Positions 40,851 through 54,092 of a stretch of 60,593 nt of DNA are shown here, in pieces. Position 1 is the stretch's first letter. The number at the start of each line of letters is the position of its first letter. This DNA is from Girardia tigrina (lineage: Eukaryota). The stretch covers positions 28,531 through 89,123 of the forward strand of contig MQRK01244289.1 in NCBI GenBank assembly GCA_001938485.1, given 5' to 3'. Made by a program: the position numbers and the translations under genes. The notes beneath the pieces were generated by a model. It was not told where the DNA came from and did no database searches. It saw only the letters and a list, made by a program, of their open reading frames with translations.

Positions 40851-42258
40851 GAATCGATATTTATCTGATGTGTTGTAAATTTCATCTAATAAAAACTTTT
40901 TTTTTTAATTTCTCGGTTTTTTGCTAAACGGTAAAAAGAAAATAATCAATGATATGATGATGATGTTAAAACAATAGAAATATATAATCTTAAAATAATC
41001 TTAAAATGACATTGTTTTAGTTATTTGAAAAAAATGTTATTGTATTTTTTTAAATTTATTTATAATTTTATTACATTCCTATTTATACATTTTATCGTAA
41101 CTTTTCTAAGATCCCTGGCTAAAAAAGGTTTAGAGAACCCTTATCTTCTATCTTCTTTCTCACCATAATCACACATAATTCTTTTTATATAAAAACAAAT
41201 CAAACGCAATCTATAGTTATTTTAAAGAACTTCTATTTAAAAATATTTTAATCAAAAATATAGATAAAAATGGTATCAAATGTCACAAATAATATATAAT
41301 ATATTATTAATTTTCTTTCCCAGAAATCATAAGTGTTCTTCAGAATAATTTTATCGTAATAATTTCTGTAATTCGTACCATCACCATTAAACATCGCCGT
41401 TGTTGGCTGGGACAATCACAACTTGGATTTCCTGCCCGAACTTCGAGGATATCTTATTTTAATTGAAATTGATTTATTAGTGTGACTTTTATTTAACTAA
41501 TGCTCAATTTGCTATTAGAAAATATAATTTTATATTTTTGTACTATGTTGAATGAGTCATTTCGGTTAATATGTTTCTTTCAATAAAACGTTAGTTTAAA
41601 TTGATTATGGAAACAAAGTTGAATGATACTTTACCGTACTTGAAAAAATAGATTATTTATGACAGATTATTATTATTTTCTGATTTATTTCACTAAGAAA
41701 CATTTATCATATTTTATATTTATAATGTTTGTATTAGAAAAGGTCGTTTTTTCTGTGTCAGAATATTTTATTATTATTTTACTTCAGTGAAATATGAAAT
41801 AAAACAAAAATAAATAATATAATTTTTATAATTTTAATTTTAATATTCTTTTAAATTAACATTTACATGAAACATGATTATTATTTTAAATTAGTATAAG
41901 TTATGCAGATATAAAATTGTAGAGAAAATTAAAAATCATAGAACAATATTTATAATTCAGTCATCAGATGAACTTGTTTTATTTATTTATTTTAATTAAC
42001 GTCTTTTCTATATTTTGATTAAAAAAACAACAATCTTACATGTACAGTTTTTTCTACCAAATTTTAATAAGTCTTACATATGTTATGCAAAAAAAGAAAT
42101 ATTTCTTGAGGTATTTTAAATAATTATATTAGTATAACTTATAATTTATAAAATTATATTAGCAGTGGTAAACCTAGAAACTTTCTAGGTAGGATAATTT
42201 TGGTTCATTTATTTCATTCAATGGATAAAGTTTTATATACTTATTTCTGTTTAAATTA

Positions 42259-43038
42259 TTGGGTTGTCTGAAGGGTTTGTGCTAATTTTTATGTATATAC
42301 ATGTATTAAATCTATAATCGTATACACCATTGTTTTTCTTAATCTTTATCCATCTTTCTTATAACAGGTAAATTTTATCCTTCCGAAACTTTTCAGTTTT
42401 CTCGGTGAAAAACTGTTTAAAGACATCCAAAGACTTAAAGTTCTTGTCTTTATGAGAATTTTGCAGTAACCTGAATAGGTGATAGTCGGAAAAAGTAATT
42501 TCGAGGGAATATGATATTTAAGGTAGCACATTTCAACTAATGTCTAACAATTTTTTCCTCGTAGTCAAAGAGACATGTGGTCTGACATCGTCATTATACA
42601 ACGAAATGGTTTTTGATATCACCAGTATCTTTATCATTTAGTTAGGATTGGTCTCGATCAGAGTCTTGAGTTAGTGACCATCAGTGTTGGATGGTCAGTT
42701 AATGCACTGTTAGTCTTTTAGGTTGAAATCACCAGCTTTGAACTTAGAAAACAACTTTAAAAATAACCCAGCTAAAGCGTGTTTTCCGAAAACACATATT
42801 TTTTCTAGAAATTTTGCCTTTGTAGAAATAAAAATATCAAATGTCGAAATTTATTCTTGTTTTCTTTGATTTTTAAAACCGCGCGCAGCAGATACAAGTC
42901 AACTTTATTTCTAAAGATGCGTTAGACAATTACTTGTCTTCATAAATAAACCATTTCATGCTTTCTTTGTCTTGGACATATTCTTACACATGTCAGTGTC
43001 ATATTTAGACAAAAGGTCCAAATTTTTCGGACAACCAA
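42259..43038. mobile_element. Possible non-autonomous mariner derivative
   Basis: ta|ttgggttgtctgaa at the left and ttcggacaaccaa|ta at the right are imperfect inverted, mariner-like ends; no coding similarity was recognised. Confidence 0.3.
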
Positions 43039-43543
43039 TATTTTTTCAGTCTCTGAATTACCATAGATAGTTGCCGTAATGGTCTTGGTGCCAGTTCCAT
43101 GTTTTTAAGATTATAAGATTTTTTGCACTTGTGCGGCTCATATTTTAAAATTGTTGTCCCCCATAAAACCGTTATAAATAGTTTAAAAAGATTTATTGTG
43201 AAATTCAAAATAAATATAATAATAACTTTGTTTTTACATCAGCTTTTCAAATTGATAAACAAATATAAATATTTTAAATCAAAATTAATGAACAATTTTC
43301 AAAAGCCAAATGAACCATGTCCTCAAAAAATTACGCTCAAAATTCACGCCAACAAAACTCACAATAAATCAATTTTCTAACATTAATTTTCAAATAAAGT
43401 TCGTTCTGATTGGCTAGCCAATTGGGAGCCAAATCAATATTTTCTTCAAATCGATCATAAGGACACGATCCTCAGCAACACAACAAAACGAACAAAGAAC
43501 TCTTTGTTAGGATTTTGAGTTCAAATAAAAGTTTGTTATTTTA

Positions 43544-44470
43544 TTAGGTTGAGGAATAANNNNNNNNNNNNNNNNNNNNNNNNNNNNNNNNNNNNNNNNN
43601 NNNNNNNNNTTTTTAATCAATTTAATATTTAAATCAAATTTTTTGATGTAATGTTATATGTTATTTGAAAGCTATTGTTTTGCTCTAAAAAATGGTGTAT
43701 TTTGTTTTTTTTATTCAGATTAATTTTTTTCGATTTTTAGACCATTGAAATGGAGTGTTATGTCAACAAAAATGAGCATTTCCGACACCATCTATTATTT
43801 TTTTCACAAAATGACTTTGTTGTTGCATGTATCGATCCGAAGGACATTTTGGTCTTCATTCATGTACAGAACGATTTTCGTCTCAACAATGCGATTCTCT
43901 GGTTTTACGAGTTCTTTCAGATAATTCAATTTTTTTCGTTTCGAGTGTTGCATTTTTTAATTTTATCTAAATGTATAAATGTATAAAAACATTTCAAATA
44001 CATTCCAGAATCGTGCATATTGATAAATTGTTGTCTGTTGATTAAAATTTTTCTTTAAAATCAGAACAAAACATTTAAATTGATTCCAAATAGAATTTCA
44101 TCAACAGCACAATATTCCACATTTGCATGTAGAAGTATGCATAGTAAGTATGCATATCGAGGCGCCAAAGTCGCAGACGCTGCCCAAGAGCTTTGTGATG
44201 TATACGGAAAAGGTGCTATAGCTGATAGAACTGCTCGTGATTGGTTCGCAGAATTTAAAATTGGCAATTTTGACATCAAGGATGCACGTCGTTCAGGACG
44301 ACCAAATGAATTCGATGAAGAGCGTTTGAACAAACTTTTGCATGAAGACGCGCGTCAAACCACTCGATAATTGGCGGAACAAATGGATTGTGATCAAAAA
44401 ACTGTCGTGAACCACCTGAAATCAATGTGAAAAGTTCAAAAAATGGGAGCTTGGGTCCCACATATTTTGA
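43544..44470 (+). mobile_element. 5' part of a mariner (mellifera-like), interrupted and truncated
   Basis: TIR start ta|ttaggttgaggaa. MECYVNKNEHFRHHLLF at 43750 resumes near 44155 as RGAKVADAAQELCDVYG...RSGRP...GAWVPH. Confidence 0.85.
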
Positions 44471-44506
44471 CATGTTCGAATAGTCAATCAGTTTAAATTT
44501 AATAAC

Positions 44507-44620
44507 AAATACCAATTTCCATCTTGGTTGGATAATCACCATTCTAAATTCAACATACATAAATCAGCATACAGCATCCATACATTTACACATTAAAACA
44601 ATTTAAAATATTCCACACAA
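44507..44620 (-). repeat. Dispersed two-box element, copy 7
   Basis: Minus strand: ttgtgtggaatattttaaatt...aatttagaatggtgattatccaaccaagatggaaattggtattt. Confidence 0.75.
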
Positions 44621-45093
44621 TTATCATTAAAATTAACGTCATCTACGAGATAATTATTGGAAGATCTTTCAATATTTGTCATCTTTTTAACTTATGTTAT
44701 TTATGGATTTTTTAATAATGATTATTCAAACAAATTTCCTTTTTAATAACATTTAATTTTAAAATATTTAGATATTCGTCACAAAATTAATCAGTTTTTC
44801 TTTTTTAACTTGAAAATTATTCTATTTCTATTTTATTTACAATTCACTCAGTTAAATTATTTTCAAATGGAATTACTTTACAAAAACTTGTGCAGTTTAT
44901 TTTTAATTCATTTGATTTCATTAAATTATAGAAAATAATTAAAATTAATTTTAAACCTCTAAAATATCTTTAATAATTTCATTAAATATGTTCATCTAAA
45001 TCTTTGATGAAGATTACTTATATTTAAAATTTACCCTAACTTTTTACTTTTTAGATTTAAATTTTATCGGATTATTAAATTTTCATTAATTTA

Positions 45094-45199
45094 AAAATGT
45101 CAATCAATGATCAGTTATCGCCAATAGAAACACAATTCCAATTTAAACACACTCAAATAAACACACCACATTAATACACAATTTAAAATATTCCTCATA
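45094..45199 (-). repeat. Dispersed two-box element, copy 8 (3' box altered)
   Basis: Minus strand: tatgaggaatattttaaattgtgtatt...ttggaattgtgtttct...tgattgacatttt. Confidence 0.65.
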
Positions 45200-46184
45200 C
45201 CCGTTAAATAGTTATCGTAACAAACCTTACTGAATGAATTATTTCGTCGTTCTTCAGTTCATTTAAACCAACTTTTTAATCACTTTCGGGGCTATTGTTT
45301 TCATTTCTAATTTGCATAAGTCCCTTCATGTGTCAAAAAATATTTCTTTGAAAAAAAACAAAAGAAAGTTTTTTAATAGGTCTAATAGCAATATATTTCG
45401 ATGGCATAACCATCGCCATTGATTATTTGCTTTTTAAATAATTATCGATTTAATTAAAGAATAATTAAACTTTGAATTATCTATTTAAAAAATTTAATTT
45501 AATTTAAACTATTTTATTAGTAATAAATAATACAAAGTCATCATAGTATGTAATTACATCAAGTCCATATGGAATACAGCTACTTTTTGTTAGGTATGTT
45601 CTATTTTCTTTGAAAAGAGAGCAAAAACAAATATCTGTAACCATATTTTTTGTAAATGTGTTTCATAGTAAATCTTGTCCTCTTCACCGAATTAAAATAT
45701 TAAAATATGATAAGTTACTTCATTTTCTTTTCGCTGAATAATTTTAATAATTTAGAAATGATTAAAATTTTTTAACTTAATTTCAATTTTTTTATAAATA
45801 TTTTAAATTAAATTTTGATATCAAGATTAATAATATAATTTAAATAGAATGTATAAAATATTTTTTCTTATTAATATTATTAATTTATACAAATAATAAA
45901 TTTGACTTATAATTTATTTTTAATATGGTAAAATAAAATGTTTATTTATGTCAATTTTAAATTAAAAAAATATTTTAAATAATTTGTAAAAAAATATTTT
46001 TAATTTTAAAATGTGAGTAACACCCCAAAACCACCAAAGACAAAACAGCGAAAGAAAAAACATTTAATAACACAACATGAGTATTGTAATTTAAATTTCA
46101 ATAATAATTTCATTCTTGTTGTTTATATTTTAACACCTTATTACCCAGAAATTACATTTGTTATAATATTTGGAACAATAATAA

Positions 46185-46780
46185 ATCTTCAAAGAAATTT
46201 AAATCCTATTTCAGTATTAACCGACTTTGAAATAGCTGCAATCAAATGTATTAACAACGCTTTCAAATACCATTCAACGGGAATGTTTTTTTCATCTAAT
46301 GAAATGTATTTGGCTAAAGATTCAACAGATCTCAGATTTAATACTCAAATATAACTCAGATCCGGAATATGCACTACAAATTCAAAAAATTCCAGCATTA
46401 GCTTATGTACAAATTAGTAATATTGTCATAGATTTTGAAACATTAGTTTCAAGTTCATTTTTGTGCAAGAAGTAGAGGTAATTCAAGAACTGTTGGACAA
46501 TTTTGAAGAAGACCCTATAATTATAAGACACGAAATAGATAATCGCTGTAGAAGACCGCGTTTTTTACATGCAATTTGGAACTATTACGATACTAAAAGA
46601 AAAGGAATTCCTAAAAGGAACAATTCAGTTAAAGATAACATCGAAAATTCAGCCAATTAATATGATCGAGTCATCCAACAATTTGGAAATTCATGGAAGG
46701 ATTGAATGATGAACAAAATTTTGACAATTATGAGTCCTAATTCAAATATCGAAAAATATATCAACGCAACTAACATATAG
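46185..46780 (+). pseudogene. Second MULE transposase fossil
   Basis: VLTDFEIAAIKCINNAF, CFFHLMKCIW, IPALAYV, PRFLHAIWN, NNSV and HPTIWKFMEGL across frameshifts. Confidence 0.8.
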
Positions 46781-47560
46781 AAAGGAGCAAACCAGTGATA
46801 TTCAAAGGAGTTCATAAAAAGAACTTTTAGGAAGGTCATGTTACCTACATTAGTGGAGTTTACGCAATACAAAAAAATAGGATTTATTTTATTTGATGTT
46901 TATCTTATATTTTGGAATTATAATCATGTGTTTATCATGTTAAATTTTATGATCTAGAAGAGAGTGGACCCCTAATCTATAGCTTGTCTTACTTTTACGT
47001 TAATGTGGTTCTGAGTTTAACTATGGTAAGACGAATTTAATTATATTCTTCATAAAAATTTGAAATTCTAAAATTTATTTTACGTCCCAAAAGGAAAGTA
47101 GAAGGATTTCTGTTCTCTAAATTGTATACTTTTCTCTTAATGGTGATATTTGAATTAAACGTAAATCGGACTTCTTTTTGAGTCTTTTTGTAGTGTGTTA
47201 ATTAAAATTCATCTGCTAAAGATTCGGCCAGAACTAATTGATGAAATATGCAAATTGAAATTTCTATTTCTGATTGATTTTCTGTGAAATACTTTTTGAT
47301 ACTAACATTTAAATTGGTTATTTTGTAGGAAAAAAAAGTAATAAAAGAAGTACCGCTAAAGCAATATTAATAAAATTTCAGTTAATTAGTTCTCCTGAGA
47401 CAGAGAGACAATTGAAGATTATCATCGATTCAGAAATTAAGGATATTAGGTGTGAGAAGAGCTCGGAAGGGTATATGAGGAAAATAATCTCTGAAGATTT
47501 ATCCAAAAATTGAAAAGTGAATAAACTTTAAATGTTTTTTTTAACATATTATTTATATTA

Positions 47561-47670
47561 CTGTGAGGAATATGGGGAGTATAATTGTTTTTTGTAGTGT
47601 TTGCAAGTTTAAATATTGTGTGTTCATTTGGGATTGTGCCTCTCCTAACCAGATGGATGATTGATATTTT
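47561..47670 (+). repeat. Dispersed two-box element, copy 9
   Basis: ctgtgaggaatat...gggattgtgcctctcctaaccagatggatgattgatatttt. Confidence 0.85.
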
Positions 47671-49421
47671 AATTCTTATAATCTGAAACTAATTTATTTA
47701 AATTTAGATTTAATATTCAAATTTTTAATTTTTATTATTGCAACTTTTAAATAATTTTATTGATTTTATTTTTGTAAATTTTTAAATAATTAAAATCAAA
47801 TTAATGTTTAAAAATGACTATAAAAATATTTTATTTAAGCTAATAAAATTAAAATAAATATTTTTTAATAAAATAATTTTCTCAAGTATAGTTCAGATTA
47901 AATGGAAGGTATTGATAATTGAGTGATGAATTATAGTGAAAGCAATTCTATTGATCATCATAAAGATGATAAATGTGAATGTAATAAATGTTCTGTCAAA
48001 TGTGTGAGTTCTCTTAACAATTACATTGGGAAACTATTTAAATCAGGTTATTTTTGATTTTTTTTTGAAGAAAAATATTTCCTCAAAGTTAATAATCGTA
48101 TAAAATTATATTTATTCTAATCTCTTTTTAAAATTTATGTTCTTTGAAATAATTTTTCGTATCATCATTAATGTCAAATTAAGTTTCCAATTTATTTGAT
48201 AAAAAGAAGTTATAATTAAAATTAATTAATTAAAAATTGGCAAACATGTTATCTAAAATTAAAAAAAAGTAAATATAAAAATATTTTATAAAATGATATG
48301 AAATCATATTATATTATACATACATATATGATCTACGAGAGCTTAATTGGGGCCCACGAAATAAAAGGTTAAAAAGAAAAACGAAGAATTTTATCTTTAT
48401 TTTATAAAAAAAATAAATGATTGAAATGTGTAATGTAGAGGAAAATTCAAGAAATTAAATAAAAAAAGCTACAAAACTTAAGTGAAAATATATTAATGGA
48501 AAATATTAATAAAAATTCATTTATAAATAACATATGAGATGTCATAATTTTATATATAATAATTAATATTGAATAGAATTTAAATATCGTTTATTAAATT
48601 AATTTATGAAATTTGATGTCAATAAATTAATTAATTTTTTATAATAAAGAAAATATTTCAAATATTCGTTTAATCACACAAAAATTGTTGTGATAGGATG
48701 TTTGTTTTTTTGGATAAAAAATTAAATTTTGAAAAAAATGTAAAAAAATTAATGATCTGTTGTTTAAAAATAAAACTTAATTTAATCGCCTTTTGTGAGT
48801 GATTTGTTTATGAGAGGAAATTCGATTAATAACTCGATAATCAGCCATTTCGTGACCGAGATTTATTTGTCATAACATTGGTCGATATCCATTATGCAAA
48901 ATTTGAGTTGAAATTCACGAAAAAAAGGTAGGTCGGGGAACCGGGATCGGAACAGATACGAGTTTAGAACATGTTATAGAACAACAAGAAATACAAAGAA
49001 TACAATACTGAAAGAATGCAGGAGTTGTATTTAACTTAATTACTGTTACTTATTAATTTTTTCTCCTAAAAAATATTTTTAGTAGAAATACTTAACATAA
49101 AATTTTCATTCGGGTTTGAGTCCAAGTTTATCCGAAACAAGTAGAAGTATAAATAAAATCATTGGCGTACACAATATAAAGTACATTTCATGCTTTTTAG
49201 TCTTATAAAAGAATCAATAAATTTTTTTAAACTTAAAATTATAATCTACTAATAAATTTTGAAAGATTTAACAGAGATTAGTACTACAAGTCACTTGAAA
49301 ATATGTCTCCAAAAGTTTTATGTATGCATAAATTAATATAAATTTTTTAATTTAGGGGTCATTAATATATGGTTTTATATTTTATTCTTAGAAAAATGGG
49401 TTGATAATTTAGTAAAAAATA

Positions 49422-50706
49422 CGTAGGTTGTCCGAAAAGTTGTTAGCCTAACACAGATATAGCGCCATAAACTGCAAAAGGATAGTTGTGTTAGAAAGTC
49501 ATATATGTCATATGAACACATGTTAAATTGATAAGGATTTGACATTTTTTTCTTTTTTTAAAGGTCATTTAAAATTGACTTGATATTAATTTTTTTAGTG
49601 ATGGATAAATTCAAGAATCTGGTGGTAATTGAATATTCATTTATGAAAGAATTAAAAAGAGAGGAAATTCATACTGATATGGTGAATGTGTTTTGTGGAA
49701 GTGTTCCTTCGTATGCCACTGTAAAAAATTGGATTTTGGAATGTAAACTTGGTCGTAAAAGCTTTGAAGATGACTATGTAGTGGACGTCCAAAAACTGCT
49801 ATAACACCAGAAATCGTTCGTGAATTACATGATATGGTGTTAGATGATTGGCGGGTCAAAATATCAGATGTTATGGGCATCTCAAAAGATCAAGTTGGAT
49901 ATATTTTGCATTAAGAATTACACATGAATAAGCTTTGTTCAAGATGGGTGTCGTAGTTGTTAACGATCGATCAAAATCGCTTTCAAATGAGAAATTCTCA
50001 AGCTTGTTTAGGTAGTTTTAGACACAGTAAAATGGATTTTAGGCGTCGTTTCATAACTGTTGATGAAACATGGATCCGCCATTATACAACAGAAACAAAA
50101 CAACAGTCAAAAAAATGGATTGAAGATGATGAAAGTGCACAAAAGTAGGCTCAAACTGTTCAATCAGTCGGGAACGTTATGTCAACAAGTTTTTGACAAC
50201 ATTAAAAAGGTGTTTTATTGATCGATTTTCTTGAAAAAAGTAAAACAGTCAACTCAAAATATTACTCAAGACTTTTGGATCAACTGCATGCAATAATTCG
50301 TGAGAAAAAACATGGTTTGGCGATGAAAAAAAAATCCTTTTTCATCAAGATAATGCACCTGCTTACAACAGATTGTGGATGGCTAAATTGAATGAGTTGA
50401 GGTACGAAGTGCTTGATCATCAACCGTATTCACCAGATTTGGCTCCCAGGGACTATTATGTGTTTCCTAACCTAAAAACGTTCCTTGCTGGAAAGAGTTT
50501 CACATCATATGATGCAGCTATTGCAACTATAAATGGTTATTATGTAGAGCTTTAAGAAAATCATTTTAATCAAGGGATAGAATTGATAGAAAAATATTTG
50601 AATAAATGTATAAATGTTTTTGGAGATAATATTGAAAAATAAATATCTTTTGAAATTTAACTTTTGTTTTTCATTGTTAGACAAAGAACTTTTCGGAAAT
50701 TCGACA
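49422..50706 (+). mobile_element. Full-length mariner (irritans-like), inactivated
   Basis: TA-flanked imperfect TIRs cgtaggttgtccgaaaagttgttagcctaaca / tgttagacaaagaacttttcggaaattcgaca, 1285 bp. Motifs PSYATVKNW, ITVDETWI, HQDNAPAY and HQPYSPDLAPRDY. Confidence 0.93.
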
Positions 50707-51799
50707 TATTTATATGAACAATTTCATCTATTCGCAAATTGGTTGTGAAAATATGTTCGATGCCATCATCAATGGAATGGATTGATCAAAAATCACAAAA
50801 TTCTTTCATGAATCGTAAAAATACTTCAATGCGTTTTTTTTGGATGTTTGTTGAAAAAGCAATCGTTAAACGGATAGTTTCGTTAAGTGAAATCAAAATA
50901 GAATTCATTTGTATCGTTTGGAGAATTCTGAGAGAGATTTGAATTAGTTATTTTTGAGGGTTTTTTAATTTATATAAAAAGATGAATATAAAATTTGTGG
51001 TCTCAAAAGGAATTTAATTTAAATTGATATTTTTGATTCTAAAATAAATCTTTGTGAAAAATGTTGTTCAATTATTTTTGAGGATGGTTTTCAAAGAATC
51101 AAATTTATTAAATGTGTTATCTAATGATGAATTGTTGAGCATTATTGAAATAGCTTGAGTTAAAGTGGCGATTAGTTCTTATTAGAATCTATCCTGAATT
51201 AATGAAATTAACAGAATTTAAATCTAAATCCAGCGAATTCAATGCAAAACATATTGATATTTAACTGGCATTGAATTTACAATGCAAAATAATGACTTTC
51301 AAGCTAAACAATTTTGCAGATGTCACTAATATGACCATATGTTAATGCAAATCGATTTCGGAGACTTTTTTCAAAACTCAGTTAAATAAAAAGATTGATC
51401 AATTGTAAGAATTTTCTATCAATTTGGTAGTAGCTGCTGCGTCATTGCAACCCGTAAAGATACTAAAAATCTTAGTTATATTGATAAATTGAGGCTCAAT
51501 CAACTGATTCAGTTTAAAAGCGTGACTCCAAGATGGTTGATGCTATACCATCGCGATTCCCAACTCTGAAACCCTTTTTATGATTCAATTGTTGCGAAAG
51601 TCAATATGTTGTCTTATTGTTCTCACTATACTCGCTGCTCGTCTCAACTAGATTTGAGGCACCGATAACGGCCTCCAACGGTGAGATAAAGTTAGTCCTC
51701 CCCTACCATCGTGGAACATCCTAATGACGCTACTTTGCTTCAGCCATGTATCTGCGCTCGCTTTACGTATACCAACATTATTATCATTATTTGAAAAAT

Positions 51800-54092
51800 A
51801 AATATATATAATATTTTTCTACAAAAGATGTTTTTTTGTTTGTTTGTCGGTCACGCTTTTAAATGTGGCATTGTGGAGGAACCGGAGTGAATTCATTTAA
51901 GGACATGATTAATAAGGATAGCCCTCGTCAAGACAATTCTGCCGGTGCAGCGCTTTGGCCGGAAGTTGTCCGGAGGCCAGCGAAATCGATCAAAAGTCAT
52001 GCAGATCGTTAAATGGTTAAATCAATACTGATTTGAATGATGACGATTTGGATGATTTCTACAAGGCATTTCATGAAAGTTTTTTATGAAAATACTAATA
52101 AAATACTAATTTATTTGATAAATGTCGATTTTTACTACTTATTTACTAATTATATTGCTGAAAATCAATTTTGTAGAAATTACAAATTTTCGTTATTAAA
52201 AATAGTATAAACATATAAAATGCAAAATTTCAGACGGACCGGAGTGAATCCACTTAAAAACGTGGTCAATTTAGATAGCCCGCATCAAAGACAGATCTGT
52301 CTGTGCAGCGCCGTCGCCGAATGACGCTGGGAGCTGACTTAACTAAACGACAGTTAAATCAACACAGAATTCGAAGCAGTAAATAATAAATTGTAATAAT
52401 TACGATTTAAAAATTAAAACAAAAACTTTCAAAGACGAAAATTCAGCAAACCCGTCATATACAGTCTGAGTCATATAATTATCACTTTTTTAAATAAAGC
52501 CCTATCTTTTCTATTATTTAAGATATATCTCTGTAATTTAGTATATATATATATATTACTCATGTTATACAACAATATTTTAAATAAAAGAAATTAATAT
52601 GATAGCTATAATTGAAAAAAAAAAACACAAAATCATTATTTTCACCATTTTAGGCTGAGTCAGATAATTATCACTTTTTCAAAAAATTANNNNNNNNNNN
52701 NNNNNNNNNNNNNNNNNNNNNNNNNNNNNNNNNNNNNNNNNNNNNNNNNNNNNNNNNNNNNNNNNNNNNNNNNNNNNNNNNNNNNNNNNNNNNNNNNNNN
52801 NNNNNNNNNNNNNNNNNNNNNNNNNNNNNNNNNNNNNNNNNNNNNNNNNNNNNNNNNNNNNNNNNNNNNNNNNNNNNNNNNNNNNNNNNNNNNNNNNNNN
52901 NNNNNNNNNNNNNNNNNNNNNNNNNNNNNNNNNNNNNNNNNNNNNNNNNNNNNNNNNNNNNNNNNNNNNNNNNNNNNNNNNNNNNNNNNNNNNNNNNNNN
53001 NNNNNNNNNNNNNNNNNNNNNNNNNNNNNNNNNNNNNNNNNNNNNNNNNNNNNNNNNNNNNNNNNNNNNNNNNNNNNNNNNNNNNNNNNNNNNNNNNNNN
53101 NNNNNNNNNNNNNNNNNNNNNNNNNNNNNNNNNNNNNNNNNNNNNNNNNNNNNNNNNNNNNNNNNNNNNNNNNNNNNNNNNNNNNNNNNNNNNNNNNNNN
53201 NNNNNNNNNNNNNNNNNNNNNNNNNNNNNNNNNNNNNNNNNNNNNNNNNNNNNNNNNNNNNNNNNNNNNNNNNNNNNNNNNNNNNNNNNNNNNNNNNNNN
53301 NNNNNNNNNNNNNNNNNNNNNNNNNNNNNNNNNNNNNNNNNNNNNNNNNNNNNNNNNNNNNNNNNNNNNNNNNNNNNNNNNNNNNNNNNNNNNNNNNNNN
53401 NNNNNNNNNNNNNNNNNNNNNNNNNNNNNNNNNNNNNNNNNNNNNNNNNNNNNNNNNNNNNNNNNNNNNNNNNNNNNNNNNNNNNNNNNNNNNNNNNNNN
53501 NNNNNNNNNNNNNNNNNNNNNNNNNNNNNNNNNNNNNNNNNNNNNNNNNNNNNNNNNNNNNNNNNNNNNNNNNNNNNNNNNNNNNNNNNNNNNNNNNNNN
53601 NNNNNNNNNNNNNNNNNNNNNNNNNNNNNNNNNNNNNNNNNNNNNNNNNNNNNNNNNNNNNNNNNNNNNNNNNNNNNNNNNNNNNNNNNGATTTTTCCTC
53701 TTTCATAATCTGATAGATCTTCACCTTTACCCATTACAATCTATTACTTATATTTATATGAATTATAAGCCAAATATAAATAATATTACTTACAGTTTCA
53801 TAAATTTGACAAATAATTGAAAATTAAAACAATAGTGGTAATTTAAACCTGATTTATAGAAAAAGAGATAATTATCTGACTCAGCCTAAAATGGTGAAAA
53901 TAATGATTTTGTGTTTTTTTTTTCAATTATAGCTATCATATTAATTTCTTTTATTTAAAATATTGTTATATAACATGAGTAATATATATATACTAAATTA
54001 TAGAGATATATCTTAAATAATAGAAAAGATAGGGCTTTATTTAAAAAAGTGATAATTATATGACTCAGACTGTATGACGGGTCTCTTTCTAG
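51800..54092 (+). mobile_element. Non-autonomous Helitron-like element interrupted by a Tc1 insertion
   Basis: The reconstructed 3' end acccgtca-tata-tgacgggt-ctcttt-CTAG|t is a hairpin plus CTAG. The 5' region has atatatataa...tgtttgtttgtc, and there is an internal ~75 bp duplication (~51880 and ~52238). The 5' boundary is approximate. Confidence 0.6.
52462..54072 (-). mobile_element. Tc1-family transposon with long (~215 bp) TIRs containing direct repeats; ORF mostly hidden in a 1000-N gap
   Basis: ta|cagtctgagtcatataattatcac ... gtgataattatatgactcagactg|ta, with an inner direct repeat ctgagtcagataattatc in both arms. The ORF starts at 53734 as MGKGEDLSDYERGKI. Confidence 0.9.

Noticed and set aside
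51520-51790. Possible LINE 3' end with an (ATT)n-like tail
   Set aside because: No reliable RT C-terminal motif could be read.
52679-53734. 345-351 aa ORFs
   Set aside because: Their length comes from the 1000-N gap; only the first ~15 codons are real sequence.
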